A DNA stretch of 64,000 nucleotides, taken from Escherichia coli. GTDB taxonomy: Bacteria; Pseudomonadota; Gammaproteobacteria; Enterobacterales; Enterobacteriaceae. The DNA lies in assembly GCF_009931435.1 (NCBI RefSeq), contig NZ_CP043414.1, one strand, 5' to 3'. The translations under genes were made by a program, and so were the position numbers. Each line of letters opens with the position of its first letter. The stretch's first letter is position 1. Shown here one piece after another: positions 25,418 to 37,402 of the stretch. The notes beneath the pieces were generated by a model that ran no database searches, was not told the DNA's origin, and worked only from the letters and a program-made list of their open reading frames with translations.

Positions 25418-26470
25418 TTACCCGCGACGCGCTTTTACTGCATTCGCCAGTTGACGTAACAGAGCATCGGTATCTTCCCAGCCAATGCAGGCATCGGTGA
25501 TGCTCTTGCCATAGGCCAGCGGTTCCCCACTCTCGAGGCTCTGATTGCCTTCCACCAGATGGCTTTCCACCATCACGCCAATAATGGCCTTTTCGCCACC
25601 GGCAATCTGCTGGCAAACGTCAGCACAAACATCCATCTGCTTTTTGAATTGTTTCGACGAGTTAGCATGGCTGAAATCGATCATCACCTGTGCTGGCAGG
25701 CCTGCTTTGTTCAGCCCTTCTTTCACTTCAGCAACGTGCTTCGCGCTGTAGTTAGGCTCTTTACCACCGCGCAGAATGATATGGCAATCGCCGTTACCGC
25801 TGGTATTCACAATCGCCGAATGCCCCCATTTCGTTACGGACAGGAAGCAGTGCGGCGCACCGGCGGCATTAATGGCATCGATAGCCACTTTAATCGTACC
25901 GTCGGTGCCATTTTTGAAGCCGACCGGACAAGAAAGACCAGACGCCAGTTCGCGGTGCACCTGCGATTCCGTAGTACGTGCGCCAATTGCCCCCCAACTC
26001 ATCAGGTCCGCGAGATATTGTGGGGTGATCATATCGAGAAATTCACCCGCTGCTGGCAAACCGCTGTCGTTAATATCAAGCAGCAATTTACGGGCAATAC
26101 GCAGACCGTCGTTGATCTGGAAGCTGTTATCCATATGCGGATCGTTAATCAGCCCTTTCCAGCCCACCGTGGTACGCGGCTTTTCAAAATAGACGCGCAT
26201 CACGATTTCCAGCTCATCTTGCAGCTCTTCACGCAGCGCCAGCAAGCGAGTGGCATACTCTTTAGCCGCGACGGGATCATGAATAGAACACGGACCAATC
26301 ACCACCAACAGGCGATCATCATTACCTTTCAGGATCTTATGGATCGCTTTTCGGGCATGGGCAACCGTATTCGCGGCATTTTCAGTAGCAGGGAATTTTT
26401 CCAGCAATGCGACAGGAGGAAGTAACTCTTTGATTTCTTTGATTCGTAAATCGTCGTTCTGATAATTCAT
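25418..26470 (-). CDS. aroG: DAHP synthase, Phe-sensitive
   Basis: 350 aa ORF. Confidence 0.95.
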   Translation of the reverse strand: MNYQNDDLRIKEIKELLPPVALLEKFPATENAANTVAHARKAIHKILKGNDDRLLVVIGPCSIHDPVAAKEYATRLLALREELQDELEIVMRVYFEKPRTTVGWKGLINDPHMDNSFQINDGLRIARKLLLDINDSGLPAAGEFLDMITPQYLADLMSWGAIGARTTESQVHRELASGLSCPVGFKNGTDGTIKVAIDAINAAGAPHCFLSVTKWGHSAIVNTSGNGDCHIILRGGKEPNYSAKHVAEVKEGLNKAGLPAQVMIDFSHANSSKQFKKQMDVCADVCQQIAGGEKAIIGVMVESHLVEGNQSLESGEPLAYGKSITDACIGWEDTDALLRQLANAVKARRG

Positions 26471-26540
26471 GTCTGTTCCAGTGTTGCCATACTTATCTTA
26501 GTGAATGCAATACTTCCAATCTATATCTTCCGTCAGAATG

Positions 26541-26558
26541 TGTAAACGGGGTTTTACA
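26541..26558. promoter_or_regulatory. TyrR box upstream of aroG
   Basis: tgtaaacggggttttaca fits TGTAAA-N6-TTTACA. Confidence 0.55.
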
Positions 26559-26785
26559 CTATGAACGGATTAATCCTGGAATTAGCAAGAAAAACGCCAG
26601 ATTGTCGCGAAAAACGAGATCTCTCCTACAATTTCTAACTGTAACTCCTTTGTTTGTTAATTATTTCAAGATTCTCTGCTGGGTATCTTTGCCTGGCTGA
26701 AATCTTAAACCATTGCCTTATATTCACCTGCAAATGCACTGTTGGAAGAGGTTATCCGACATAACGACCATAACAGGAGCATCCT

Positions 26786-27109
26786 ATGAAAATGACAAAA
26801 CTGGCCACACTATTTTTGACTGCCACTCTAAGCCTTGCCAGCGGTGCCGCACTGGCTGCCGATAGCGGAGCGCAAAGCAATAACGGCCAAGCAAACGCCG
26901 CAGCTGATGCGGGCCAGGTAGCCCCTGATGCCCGTGAAAATGTCGCGCCAAATAACGTCGACAATAACGGGGTAAATACCGGTTCTGGCGGCACAATGCT
27001 GCATCCGGATGGTTCTTCAATGAACAATGACGGCATGACCAAAGATGAAGAGCACAAGAACACCATGTGCAAAGATGGTCGCTGCCCGGATATCAATAAA
27101 AAAGTCTAA
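26786..27109 (+). CDS. ybgS: periplasmic protein YbgS, C-terminally truncated allele
   Basis: 107 aa ORF with signal peptide; same frame stays open a further 19 codons (TGDGINNDVDTKTDGTTQ) to TAA at 27164-27166, which would give the 126 aa K-12 length. Confidence 0.8.
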   Translation: MKMTKLATLFLTATLSLASGAALAADSGAQSNNGQANAAADAGQVAPDARENVAPNNVDNNGVNTGSGGTMLHPDGSSMNNDGMTKDEEHKNTMCKDGRCPDINKKV

Positions 27110-27279
27110 ACCGGTGATGGCATCAACAATGATGTCGATACCAAAACCGACGGTACCACGCAGTAAGCCTGCGAAATAGCCAATAATGGGAGAGCGGAGT
27201 CTCTCCCTTTTAATTTTTCCCTTCTAAAAGCAGTATGATGTCATAAAGTTAAGTGAGAATAATTAAGGGATGACTCGTC

Positions 27280-28221
27280 ATGGCGCACTCACACTCACAC
27301 ACTTCCTCACACCTGCCAGAAGATAATAATGCTCGTCGCTTGTTGTATGCTTTCGGCGTGACTGCCGGGTTTATGCTCGTAGAAGTCATTGGTGGTTTTC
27401 TTTCCGGTTCTCTGGCATTGCTGGCCGATGCGGGTCATATGTTGACCGATACTGCCGCCCTGCTTTTCGCCCTACTCGCAGTGCAATTCTCCCGTCGTCC
27501 TCCCACCATTCGCCACACTTTCGGTTGGCTAAGATTGACCACGCTCGCGGCGTTTGTGAATGCCATCGCCCTGGTGGTGATTACTATTTTGATTGTCTGG
27601 GAGGCGATAGAACGCTTCCGCACGCCGCGTCCGGTCGAGGGCGACATGATGATGGCAATTGCCGTGGCTGGGCTACTGGCAAATATACTTTCTTTCTGGT
27701 TACTTCATCACGGCAGCGAAGAGAAAAACCTCAACGTGCGCGCAGCGGCACTGCATGTCCTCGGGGACCTTCTGGGTTCGGTTGGAGCTATTATTGCCGC
27801 GTTGATTATTATCTGGACCGGCTGGACACCTGCTGACCCCATTCTCTCAATACTGGTGTCGCTTCTGGTTCTGCGTAGCGCGTGGCGACTGTTGAAAGAT
27901 AGCGTGAATGAATTACTTGAAGGTGCACCGGTATCGCTGGATATCGCCGAACTGAAGCGTCGTATGTGCCGGGAAATCCCGGAAGTCCGCAATGTGCACC
28001 ATGTGCATGTTTGGATGGTGGGTGAAAAGCCAGTGATGACACTGCATGTACAGGTGATCCCGCCACACGATCACGACGCGTTGTTGGATCAGATCCAACA
28101 TTATCTGATGGATCACTATCAGATTGCACACGCCACCATCCAGATGGAATATCAACCTTGTCATGGGCCAGACTGCCACCTGAATGAAGGGGTGTCTGGC
28201 CATTCACATCATCATCATTAA
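27280..28221 (+). CDS. zitB: Zn(II) efflux transporter, CDF family
   Basis: 313 aa ORF with His-rich termini; 4-nt convergent overlap with pnuC. Confidence 0.93.
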   Translation: MAHSHSHTSSHLPEDNNARRLLYAFGVTAGFMLVEVIGGFLSGSLALLADAGHMLTDTAALLFALLAVQFSRRPPTIRHTFGWLRLTTLAAFVNAIALVVITILIVWEAIERFRTPRPVEGDMMMAIAVAGLLANILSFWLLHHGSEEKNLNVRAAALHVLGDLLGSVGAIIAALIIIWTGWTPADPILSILVSLLVLRSAWRLLKDSVNELLEGAPVSLDIAELKRRMCREIPEVRNVHHVHVWMVGEKPVMTLHVQVIPPHDHDALLDQIQHYLMDHYQIAHATIQMEYQPCHGPDCHLNEGVSGHSHHHH

Positions 28222-28937
28222 TGGGACAGCGCGCGTGAACCTCTTTCGCGTGCGCTGTTGATCCACATCCGGCTGCCGTTGAGGGCAATAAAGGTCAGGA
28301 TGATGTACTCCAGAGACATGGCGTAAACGCCCTGAAGTGCAAAAATAACGACGCTAATCACGTTAATAATCACCCACAATAGCCAGTTTTCCACATACTT
28401 ACGCGTCATCAGAATCATTGCCACGATAGATAACACCATCATGCAGGAATCCCAGAACGGGAAAGCGTCCGGTTGCAGTTCAGGCATCGCAACCTGTAAT
28501 CCTAATGCTTGCATGATCATGACTGCCACGCGGGTCAAAAATGCAAACACCGGATTGATAAATACCGTCATCAGACCAACCGAAACAACGCAAACCGCCA
28601 ACCAGCTGAGCGCCTTCGGCAATGGCAACCAGCGAATTTTCAACTCCGCCTCGTTCTGACTGGTTTGTCGCGACCACGCATACCAACCGTAAATATTCGC
28701 GGCAAAGAAAAACACCTGTAATAGCAGGCTGGCATACAGCTGAATCTGAAAGAAAATAATGCCAAACAAGGTGACGTTGATCAGGCCAAAGAAGTAGTTG
28801 CTGATCTTCTCCAGACTGGCAAGGCCAATACACAGCAACCCGGCGATCGTGCCTACCGCTTCGATCCATGAGAGATCATAACCGCCTGCTCCTATTGGTA
28901 TATGTACCAGGATATTCTGCACACTAAAAAAATCCAT
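28218..28937 (-). CDS. pnuC: nicotinamide riboside transporter
   Basis: 239 aa membrane ORF downstream of nadA. Confidence 0.93.
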   Translation of the reverse strand: MDFFSVQNILVHIPIGAGGYDLSWIEAVGTIAGLLCIGLASLEKISNYFFGLINVTLFGIIFFQIQLYASLLLQVFFFAANIYGWYAWSRQTSQNEAELKIRWLPLPKALSWLAVCVVSVGLMTVFINPVFAFLTRVAVMIMQALGLQVAMPELQPDAFPFWDSCMMVLSIVAMILMTRKYVENWLLWVIINVISVVIFALQGVYAMSLEYIILTFIALNGSRMWINSARERGSRALSH

Positions 28938-28974
28938 CTTTCCCCCAAAGCGTAACGTGACGCCTTATTATTAG

Positions 28975-30018
28975 TTATCCACGTAGTGTAGCCGCAAAAT
29001 CCAGCATACGATTGAGCGGCACCAGCGCCTTCTCTCGCAGCTTTTCCTCAACATGAACCTCGTGATTGCTTCCTTCCTGTTCTAATGCCTCTGCGATGGC
29101 CTGAAGGCCATTCATGGCCATCCACGGACAATGCGCGCAGCTGCGGCAGGTTGCGCCCTCACCCGCGGTTGGTGCTTCCAGTAACTCTTTATCTGGCACC
29201 GCCTGCTGCATTTTGTAGAAAATACCCCGATCGGTTGCCACGATAAGTCGCTGATGTGGCAATGTTTTCGCAGCAGCGATCAGTTGACTGGTGGAACCGA
29301 CCGCATCCGCCATATCTACAATAGCTTGCGGTGATTCTGGATGCACCAGTATGGCAGCATCCGGGTATTGTTTTTGCAAGCGGGTTAACGCCTGAGTCTT
29401 AAATTCATCATGCACAATGCAGGCACCCTGCCAGCATAAAATGTCTGCGCCCGTCTGTTTTTGCACGTAACGCCCCAGATGTTTGTCGGGTGCCCAGATG
29501 ATTTTTTCACCCAAACTATCCAGATGATCAATAAGTTCGACGGCAATGCTTGAAGTTACCACCCAATCTGCCCGCGCTTTTACCGCAGCAGAAGTGTTGG
29601 CGTAGACGACGACAGTATGATCGGGATGGGCATCGCAAAATGCGTTAAATTCTTCAACAGGGCAGCCGAGATCCAGTGAACATTCAGCCTGAAGTGTCGG
29701 CATCAGAATTGTTTTTTCCGGACTGAGAATTTTGGCGGTTTCTCCCATAAATCTCACCCCAGCGACTAACAACGTAGAAGCGGGATGCTTTGCACCGAAG
29801 CGCGCCATTTCCAGAGAATCAGAAATACAGCCACCGGTTTCTTCTGCCAGTTGTTGAATTTCGGGATCGGTATAGTAGTGGGCAACCATCACCGCATTAC
29901 GTTCTTTTAGCAGACGTTTTATCTTCTCGCGGTAATACGCTTTTTCATCAATGCTTAACGGCGTCGGCTTCGGGGGGAAAGGATAAATCGCCGCTTCAGG
30001 ATCAAACATCACGCTCAT
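28975..30018 (-). CDS. nadA: quinolinate synthase A
   Basis: 347 aa ORF. Confidence 0.95.
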   Translation of the reverse strand: MSVMFDPEAAIYPFPPKPTPLSIDEKAYYREKIKRLLKERNAVMVAHYYTDPEIQQLAEETGGCISDSLEMARFGAKHPASTLLVAGVRFMGETAKILSPEKTILMPTLQAECSLDLGCPVEEFNAFCDAHPDHTVVVYANTSAAVKARADWVVTSSIAVELIDHLDSLGEKIIWAPDKHLGRYVQKQTGADILCWQGACIVHDEFKTQALTRLQKQYPDAAILVHPESPQAIVDMADAVGSTSQLIAAAKTLPHQRLIVATDRGIFYKMQQAVPDKELLEAPTAGEGATCRSCAHCPWMAMNGLQAIAEALEQEGSNHEVHVEEKLREKALVPLNRMLDFAATLRG

Positions 30019-30090
30019 CTTACCATCTCGTTTTACAGGCTTAACATTAAAACCGACATAAGCGTGATATTCGCTATTATCGGCATAATT

Positions 30091-30108
30091 TGTTTTATAT
30101 GCTAAACA
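30091..30108. promoter_or_regulatory. NadR (NAD box) operator upstream of nadA
   Basis: tgttttatatgctaaaca fits TGTTTA-N6-TAAACA. Confidence 0.6.
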
Positions 30109-30264
30109 AGATAGTCGAATGGTGGGGAAAAGTCACTCGAAATACGTATGAGATGACGAATGCCACACTTTGCGTCTTATTCCTCCGACGTAGAGTCGTT
30201 TACGCAGCAAGCGCGGAGTATGTCATCAGGGTCAAGAATTGAAATTGAGAGATGCCTGAATAGC

Positions 30265-30291
30265 AAAAAAGCGCCTTTAGGGCGCTTTTTT
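30265..30291 (-). terminator. duplicated copy of lysQ-distal terminator hairpin
   Basis: aaaaaagcgcc-tttag-ggcgctttttt; identical to the copy at 30421-30447. Confidence 0.55.
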
Positions 30292-30295
30292 ACAT

Positions 30296-30401
30296 TGGTG
30301 GGTCGTGCAGGATGACTCACTTCGCTCGCCCTTCGGGCCGTCGCCGCAAGCGGCTCCGTTGTTTCGCTGCGCTCTACTCGAACCTGCAGCAGGTTCGAAT
30401 C
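30296..30401. repeat. tRNA-Lys-derived remnant
   Basis: Starts with the 3-prime-terminal 17 nt of tRNA-Lys then diverges; ends with an inverted T-arm-like segment gcaggttcgaatc. Confidence 0.6.
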
Positions 30402-30420
30402 TTTGAATATCGCAGATAGC

Positions 30421-30447
30421 AAAAAAGCGCCTTTAGGGCGCTTTTTT
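30421..30447 (-). terminator. Rho-independent terminator after lysQ
   Basis: Hairpin agcgcc-tttag-ggcgct flanked by A and T runs, immediately 3-prime of the last tRNA. Confidence 0.65.
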
Positions 30448-30451
30448 ACAT

Positions 30452-30527
30452 TGGTGGGTCGTGCAGGATTCGAACCTGCGACCAATTGATTAAAAGTCAA
30501 CTGCTCTACCAACTGAGCTAACGACCC
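30452..30527 (-). tRNA. lysQ: tRNA-Lys (UUU)
   Basis: 76-nt exact reverse complement of tRNA-Lys, anticodon loop CTTTTAA, CCA encoded. Confidence 0.95.
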
Positions 30528-30559
30528 CTTGCGGGATTATGCTGCTTTAATCATTCAGG

Positions 30560-30632
30560 ATGGTGGGTCGTGCAGGATGACTCGACTTCGTCTCGCCCTT
30601 CGGGCCGTTGCTGACGCAACGTTATCCTTCAC
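30560..30632. repeat. intergenic spacer repeat of the tRNA operon (tRNA-Lys 3-prime-end-like)
   Basis: tggtgggtcgtgcaggatgactcgacttcgtctcgcccttcgggccgttgctgacgcaacgttatccttcac; near-identical at 31276-31347. Confidence 0.7.
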
Positions 30633-30659
30633 ATTCTCTACCAGTAACCACCTTTAAAT

Positions 30660-30735
30660 TGGTGGGTCGTGCAGGATTCGAACCTGCGACCAATTGATTA
30701 AAAGTCAACTGCTCTACCAACTGAGCTAACGACCC
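30660..30735 (-). tRNA. lysZ: tRNA-Lys (UUU)
   Basis: 76-nt copy identical to lysQ. Confidence 0.95.
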
Positions 30736-30783
30736 ATACGGGTGTTACCTGAATGATTTCTACTCGGGACCAATCTTTAATAT

Positions 30784-30853
30784 TGGTGGATCGTGCAGGA
30801 TGACTCGCTTCGCTCGCCCTACGGGCCGTTGCTGGCGCAACGTTATCCTTCAC
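30784..30853. repeat. intergenic spacer repeat (diverged copy)
   Basis: tggtggatcgtgcaggatgactcgcttcgctcgccctacgggccgttgctggcgcaacgttatccttcac. Confidence 0.65.
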
Positions 30854-30881
30854 GCTTAACATCTGAGTTTGATGTTAAAAC

Positions 30882-30957
30882 TGGTGGGTCGTGCAGGATT
30901 CGAACCTGCGACCAATTGATTAAAAGTCAACTGCTCTACCAACTGAGCTAACGACCC
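30882..30957 (-). tRNA. lysY: tRNA-Lys (UUU)
   Basis: 76-nt copy identical to lysQ. Confidence 0.95.
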
Positions 30958-30960
30958 GAG

Positions 30961-31036
30961 TGGTGGGTGATGACGGGATCGAACCGCCGACCCCCTCCTT
31001 GTAAGGGAGGTGCTCTCCCAGCTGAGCTAATCACCC
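30961..31036 (-). tRNA. valZ: tRNA-Val (UAC)
   Basis: Reverse complement of tRNA-Val, anticodon loop CTTACAA, T-loop GGTTCGATCC. Confidence 0.93.
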
Positions 31037-31086
31037 GATACTGCGCTGGATACTACAAACTACTTCCACCGAACCCACCGCATTAG

Positions 31087-31162
31087 TGGTGGGTCGTGCA
31101 GGATTCGAACCTGCGACCAATTGATTAAAAGTCAACTGCTCTACCAACTGAGCTAACGACCC
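31087..31162 (-). tRNA. lysW: tRNA-Lys (UUU)
   Basis: 76-nt copy identical to lysQ. Confidence 0.95.
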
Positions 31163-31164
31163 GG

Positions 31165-31240
31165 TGGTGGGTGATGACGGGTTCGAACCGCCGACCCCCT
31201 CCTTGTAAGGGAGGTGCTCTCCCAGCTGAGCTAATCACCC
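31165..31240 (-). tRNA. valT: tRNA-Val (UAC), T-loop variant
   Basis: Same as valZ except one base (GGTTCGAACC instead of GGTTCGATCC). Confidence 0.9.
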
Positions 31241-31275
31241 GATACTACGCTGGATACTACAACTAACTAGGTTAG

Positions 31276-31347
31276 TGGTGGGTCGTGCAGGATGACTCGA
31301 CTTCGTCTCGCCCTTCGGGCCGTTGCTGACGCAACGTTATCCTTCAC
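31276..31347. repeat. intergenic spacer repeat of the tRNA operon
   Basis: Near-identical to 30560-30632. Confidence 0.7.
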
Positions 31348-31375
31348 GTTTTACTACCGCTTCCACCTTAGCGAT

Positions 31376-31451
31376 TGGTGGGTCGTGCAGGATTCGAACC
31401 TGCGACCAATTGATTAAAAGTCAACTGCTCTACCAACTGAGCTAACGACCC
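31376..31451 (-). tRNA. lysT: tRNA-Lys (UUU), first gene of operon
   Basis: 76-nt copy identical to lysQ. Confidence 0.95.
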
Positions 31452-31615
31452 ACTTTTTCGTTGCTTTCGGTTTGTTTGATATCCCGTGGCAACGGCGGCA
31501 TATATTACTGATTTCAGACTTGAGCGCAACAAAAATTTCGATGTAGATCACTCAACTGCTTATGATTCGCACGACACGACCAGAAATAATGCAACTTCTG
31601 GTCGTGTGTTATGCA

Positions 31616-32407
31616 TTACATCGCGTTCAGACGTTTTTGCGCCTGTTTTGCGCCATCAGTACCAGGGTATTTACTGATAACCTGCTGGTATACGGCTTTC
31701 GCTTTTGCGGTGTCACCTTTGTCCTGCATGATGACGCCGACTTTAAACATCGCATCTGCAGCCTTCGGTGACTTCGGATAGTTTTTCACTACCGAAGCAA
31801 AATAATACGCCGCATCATCTTTTTTACCCTTGTTGTAGTTTAACTGACCCAGCCAATAATTGGCGTTTGGCAGATAAGTTGAATCAGGGTAATTTTTGAT
31901 GAAATTCTGAAATGCCACCATTGCGTCATCCTGGCGGGATTTATCCTGCACCAGCGCAATAGCTGCATTGTAATCCGTGTTTGCATCACCGCTTTTCACC
32001 GGCGCGCCAGCATTCGCAGTACCAGCATCAGCTGTCGGCGTCGTTGATGCCGCCGCACCGCTTTGATCGCCGCTGGTTGATTGCGCCGCTGCACCACCGC
32101 TGCTGAGGCTATCGATCTGCAACAGGATCTGCTTTTGCCGCTCCACGACCTGATTCAGTTGATACTGATTTTCCTGAATCTGACCACGCAGGGAATCAAT
32201 ATCGGATTGATTATCAGAGAGTTGTTGCTGGAGTTGGGTTAAAAGCTGGCTGTGAGCATTAGAAATACGCTCAAGTTGAGTGACGCGGTCTTCGACCGAG
32301 CCTGAGCCGACACTACTGATTGGTGCCTGAGCAAAAGCGGCCCAGGGGGCCGCTATACCAACCAGTAACGACAGACTCAATAGTTGATGTCTGAAGTTAC
32401 TGCTCAT
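31616..32407 (-). CDS. cpoB: cell division coordinator CpoB (YbgF), TPR protein
   Basis: 263 aa ORF with signal peptide, Gln-rich coiled coil and TPR C-terminus. Confidence 0.93.
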   Translation of the reverse strand: MSSNFRHQLLSLSLLVGIAAPWAAFAQAPISSVGSGSVEDRVTQLERISNAHSQLLTQLQQQLSDNQSDIDSLRGQIQENQYQLNQVVERQKQILLQIDSLSSGGAAAQSTSGDQSGAAASTTPTADAGTANAGAPVKSGDANTDYNAAIALVQDKSRQDDAMVAFQNFIKNYPDSTYLPNANYWLGQLNYNKGKKDDAAYYFASVVKNYPKSPKAADAMFKVGVIMQDKGDTAKAKAVYQQVISKYPGTDGAKQAQKRLNAM

Positions 32408-32416
32408 GCAATTCTC

Positions 32417-32962
<546 letters not shown>

Positions 32963-32972
32963 TTAATTATTA

Positions 32973-34265
32973 TCACAGATACGGCGACCAGGCAGGGAAT
33001 TTGACCTGTCCATCAGTTGCCGGAAGACGCGCTTTGAAACGCCCATCTGTAGAAACCAAATTCAGCACGGATCCCATCCCCTGAGAAGAGCTGTAGATTA
33101 CCATAGTGCCGTTAGGTGCCAGACTTGGCGTTTCATCCAGGAACGTGGACGACAGAACTTGTACGCCTCCCGTTGCCAGATCTTGTTTGGCAATGTGCTG
33201 CTGCCCACCATTGGAGCTGACCATTACCATAAATTTACCGTCGCTGCTGACATCCGCATCCTGGTTCTGCGAACCTTCCCAGGTAATACGTTGTGGCGCA
33301 CCGCCGTTGATATTCACTTTATAAACCTGCGGACGACCGGCCTGGTCAGAAGTAAATGCCAGGTTCTGGCTGTCCGGGAACCAGGTCGGTTCGGTATTGT
33401 TACTGCGACCATCAGTCACCTGGCGGATCTGACCAGAAGCCAAATCCATTACGTACAGGTTCAGGCTACCGGTTTTCGACAAGGCGAATGCCAGTTTGCT
33501 GCCGTCTGGCGAGAATGCTGGTGCACCGTTGTGACGCGGGAATGAAGCCACCTGACGTACAGCACCATTTGCCAGCGTTTGAATAACCAGCGCTGAACGA
33601 CCGCTCTCGAAAGTCACATAGGCCAGTTTAGAACCATCCGGTGACCATGCCGGAGACATCAGCGGCTGCGGAGAACGGTGAACGACAAACTGGTTGTAAC
33701 CGTCATAGTCAGATACGCGCAGTTCATACGGGAACTGACCGCCATTGGTCTGAACAACGTAGGCAATACGGGTACGGAACGCACCTTTAATGCCGGTCAG
33801 TTTTTCAAACACTTCATCACTGGCGGTATGACCAGCATAACGCAGCCACTGCTTGTTCACTTTGTACGAGTTCTGAGCAAGTACAGTACCCGGTGCGCCG
33901 CCAGTGTCAACCAGCTGATAAGCAACATTGTAAGAGCCGTCCGGATTCGGAGTGACCTGGCCGACAACCACAGCGTCAATGCCCAGCGCAGACCATGCTG
34001 CTGGTTGTACTTCCTGTGCACTACCCGGCTGCTGTGGCAGACGAGCGCGATCTAATGGATTAAATTTACCGCTGTTACGCAAGTCAGCAGCAACGATGCC
34101 GCCAATATCTTCAGGTGCTGCACCAGGACCCGCCCACTGGAAAGGAACAACGCCAATAGGACGACCGGAATCTACACCGCTGTCGATCACAATGCGGACT
34201 TCAGCATGCAGAACTGATGCCCACAGTATGAGAAAACCAAATGCTACTCGTAATGCCTGCTTCAT
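32973..34265 (-). CDS. tolB: Tol-Pal system periplasmic protein TolB
   Basis: ORF 431 aa; second Met gives 430 aa; beta-propeller repeats. Confidence 0.95.
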   Translation of the reverse strand: MKQALRVAFGFLILWASVLHAEVRIVIDSGVDSGRPIGVVPFQWAGPGAAPEDIGGIVAADLRNSGKFNPLDRARLPQQPGSAQEVQPAAWSALGIDAVVVGQVTPNPDGSYNVAYQLVDTGGAPGTVLAQNSYKVNKQWLRYAGHTASDEVFEKLTGIKGAFRTRIAYVVQTNGGQFPYELRVSDYDGYNQFVVHRSPQPLMSPAWSPDGSKLAYVTFESGRSALVIQTLANGAVRQVASFPRHNGAPAFSPDGSKLAFALSKTGSLNLYVMDLASGQIRQVTDGRSNNTEPTWFPDSQNLAFTSDQAGRPQVYKVNINGGAPQRITWEGSQNQDADVSSDGKFMVMVSSNGGQQHIAKQDLATGGVQVLSSTFLDETPSLAPNGTMVIYSSSQGMGSVLNLVSTDGRFKARLPATDGQVKFPAWSPYL

Positions 34266-34397
34266 CATATCTCCCTTATCTGGACCGATGGCCCACGATA
34301 ATTTAGCAGAATGTTAACAAACTAAAATACACAAAACTACCAGAACCCCGTGGCAACCGGTGTCTGATGTTGACCGTCGGAACAGTCAGCATCGCGA

Positions 34398-35663
34398 TTA
34401 CGGTTTGAAGTCCAATGGCGCGTTTTTGAACACTTCATATACTGCCTGGCTTGGTGGTTTCGGGATCTTCGCAAGTTTAGCTGCTGCCAACGCAGCCTGA
34501 CAAAGTGCGGGATCGCCACCTTCAGGTTTGATATCCAGTAACATACCATCGGGTGCCAGTTTTATGCGCAGCGTACAGGTCTTGCCTGCATAGGACGATG
34601 CGTCATAGAACTTACTTTCGATAGCAGATTTAATCTGCCCGGCATAGTTATTGATATCGGCCCCTGATGCGCCATTGTTTTTAGTATTACCACTCCCGGC
34701 AGGCGAAGCATTGTTCCCTTTCGCCCCTCCCCCCGTTTTCGGTGCATTCTTACCAGAGCTTAGCTCACCGAAAATATCATCTGCCTCTGCGGCCGCTTTT
34801 GCTGCAGCGGCTTTTTCAGCTGCAGCTTTTGCCGCTGCCGCTTTTTTGTCTGCGGCGGCTTTTTCTGCCGCTGCTTTCTTATCAGCTGCTGCCTTTTCAG
34901 CAGCCGCTTTTTCTGCTGCTTTTTTGTCGGCTGCAGCTTTCTCTGCCGCTGCTTTCTTATCAGCTGCTGCCTTTTCAGCAGCCGCTTTCTTCTCAGCTTC
35001 TGCCTTGGTTTTTTCAGCAGCTTCAGTTGCCGCTTTTTTTCTTGCTTCAGCTGCAGCTGCTTCTGCCGCTTCCGCTTTCTTCTTCAGCGCCGCAGCGGCT
35101 GCTTCGGCTTTTTTCTGCGCTTCGGCTGCGGCTTTGGCTGCTTCTGCTTCTGCTTTTTTCTTCGCGTCTGCAGCCGCTTTCTTCGCTGCTTCTTCCGCAG
35201 CTTTTGCATCCGCTTCAGCCTTCGCTTTAGCATCTGCAGCCGCTTTCGCTGCCGCCTCTTCCGCTTGCTTCTGCTTTAACTCGGCCTGTTTTGCGGCTTC
35301 TTCAGCCTGCTTTTTCTGCTCCTGAGCCGCTAACCGCTCTTTCTCAAGTTGCTTCAGGCGTTCCTGTTCAGCCGCTTGTTTCTCACGCAGTTCTTCCGCA
35401 GCCTGCTGTTCCTTCATCTTGCGCTGCTCATCAGAACGCTTCGCGCTTGATTCCTGGCTTTGCATGCGTTTGTACTGCTCAACTACCGCACCTGAATCAA
35501 CCATTACAGCGTCGATGGACGAACCACCGCCGCCTCCGGCTGAAGCTTCTATATTCTCATCGAACGAACTCCAGATCAGCGCCGCAAATAAGATGACATG
35601 CAGCACTGCTGAAATAATTATCGCCCGCTTGAGCTTGTCGTTTTGTTCGGTTGCCTTTGACAC
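34398..35663 (-). CDS. tolA: Tol-Pal system protein TolA
   Basis: 421 aa ORF with long Ala/Lys/Glu-rich helical domain II, which generates the DNA-level repetitiveness at 34740-35300. Confidence 0.95.
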   Translation of the reverse strand: MSKATEQNDKLKRAIIISAVLHVILFAALIWSSFDENIEASAGGGGGSSIDAVMVDSGAVVEQYKRMQSQESSAKRSDEQRKMKEQQAAEELREKQAAEQERLKQLEKERLAAQEQKKQAEEAAKQAELKQKQAEEAAAKAAADAKAKAEADAKAAEEAAKKAAADAKKKAEAEAAKAAAEAQKKAEAAAAALKKKAEAAEAAAAEARKKAATEAAEKTKAEAEKKAAAEKAAADKKAAAEKAAADKKAAEKAAAEKAAADKKAAAEKAAADKKAAAAKAAAEKAAAAKAAAEADDIFGELSSGKNAPKTGGGAKGNNASPAGSGNTKNNGASGADINNYAGQIKSAIESKFYDASSYAGKTCTLRIKLAPDGMLLDIKPEGGDPALCQAALAAAKLAKIPKPPSQAVYEVFKNAPLDFKP

Positions 35664-35727
35664 TCTCGGTTTCCAAAAACTGTTCGCCTGTTACCCGCTC
35701 TCTTTCAAGCAAGGGAAACGCAGATGT

Positions 35728-36156
35728 TTAGATAGGCTGCGTCATTAAACCAACCGATTTCACACCCGCACTATGTAACAAGTTCAGTGCTTTAATTATT
35801 TCATCGTAAGGCACATCTTTTGCGCCACCGATCAGAAAGACCGTTTTCGGGTTGGCCTTGAAACGGCTGGACACTTCCGCCACCACCTGCTCTGGTGGTA
35901 AACGCTCCAGGCGATCTTTCTCAACCACCACGGTGTACTGACCAATACCAGACACTTCAACAATCACTGGCGGATTATCGTTACTGCTCACCGCCTGTGA
36001 TTCAGTAGCGTCTGGCAGATCGACCTCCACGCTCTGGGTGATGATGGGCGCTGTCGCCATAAAGATCAGCAACAGCACCAGCAGTACGTCCAGCAACGGT
36101 ACAATGTTGATTTCGGACTTGAGATCGCGACGACCTCGTCCACGCGCTCTGGCCAT
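35728..36156 (-). CDS. tolR: Tol-Pal system protein TolR
   Basis: 142 aa ORF. Confidence 0.95.
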   Translation of the reverse strand: MARARGRGRRDLKSEINIVPLLDVLLVLLLIFMATAPIITQSVEVDLPDATESQAVSSNDNPPVIVEVSGIGQYTVVVEKDRLERLPPEQVVAEVSSRFKANPKTVFLIGGAKDVPYDEIIKALNLLHSAGVKSVGLMTQPI

Positions 36157-36159
36157 GGC

Positions 36160-37253
<1,094 letters not shown>

Positions 37254-37402
37254 TTTACATCCCGGTAATGCAACAAAAGTTAGAGCTTTTAAACGCTGCT
37301 ACTATACGCGCGCGATTGAGGTTTGGGAATGAGGGCAAGTTAAGGGAGCGTAAAAATTTATGGGCCTGAAGCGGCCCATAAATTTTTAAAGAGAATTCTG
37401 AT

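Noticed and set aside
25559-26425. 288 aa plus-strand ORF
   Set aside because: Antisense to aroG; typical long antisense frame of a GC-rich gene.
30177-30512. 111 aa minus-strand ORF
   Set aside because: Runs through the tRNA-Lys gene and tRNA-derived repeats; the repeated peptide segments reflect the DNA duplication, not a protein.
34740-35300. Apparent DNA tandem repetitiveness (gcagc/gctgc periodicity) that could suggest a repeat array
   Set aside because: It is the coding sequence of the TolA helical domain; irregular units, no spacer/repeat structure, sits inside a conserved ORF.
34651-35325. 224 aa and 162 aa plus-strand ORFs rich in Ala, Ser, Leu and Phe
   Set aside because: Antisense to the repetitive Ala/Lys-rich domain II of tolA; low-complexity artefact with no independent start signal.
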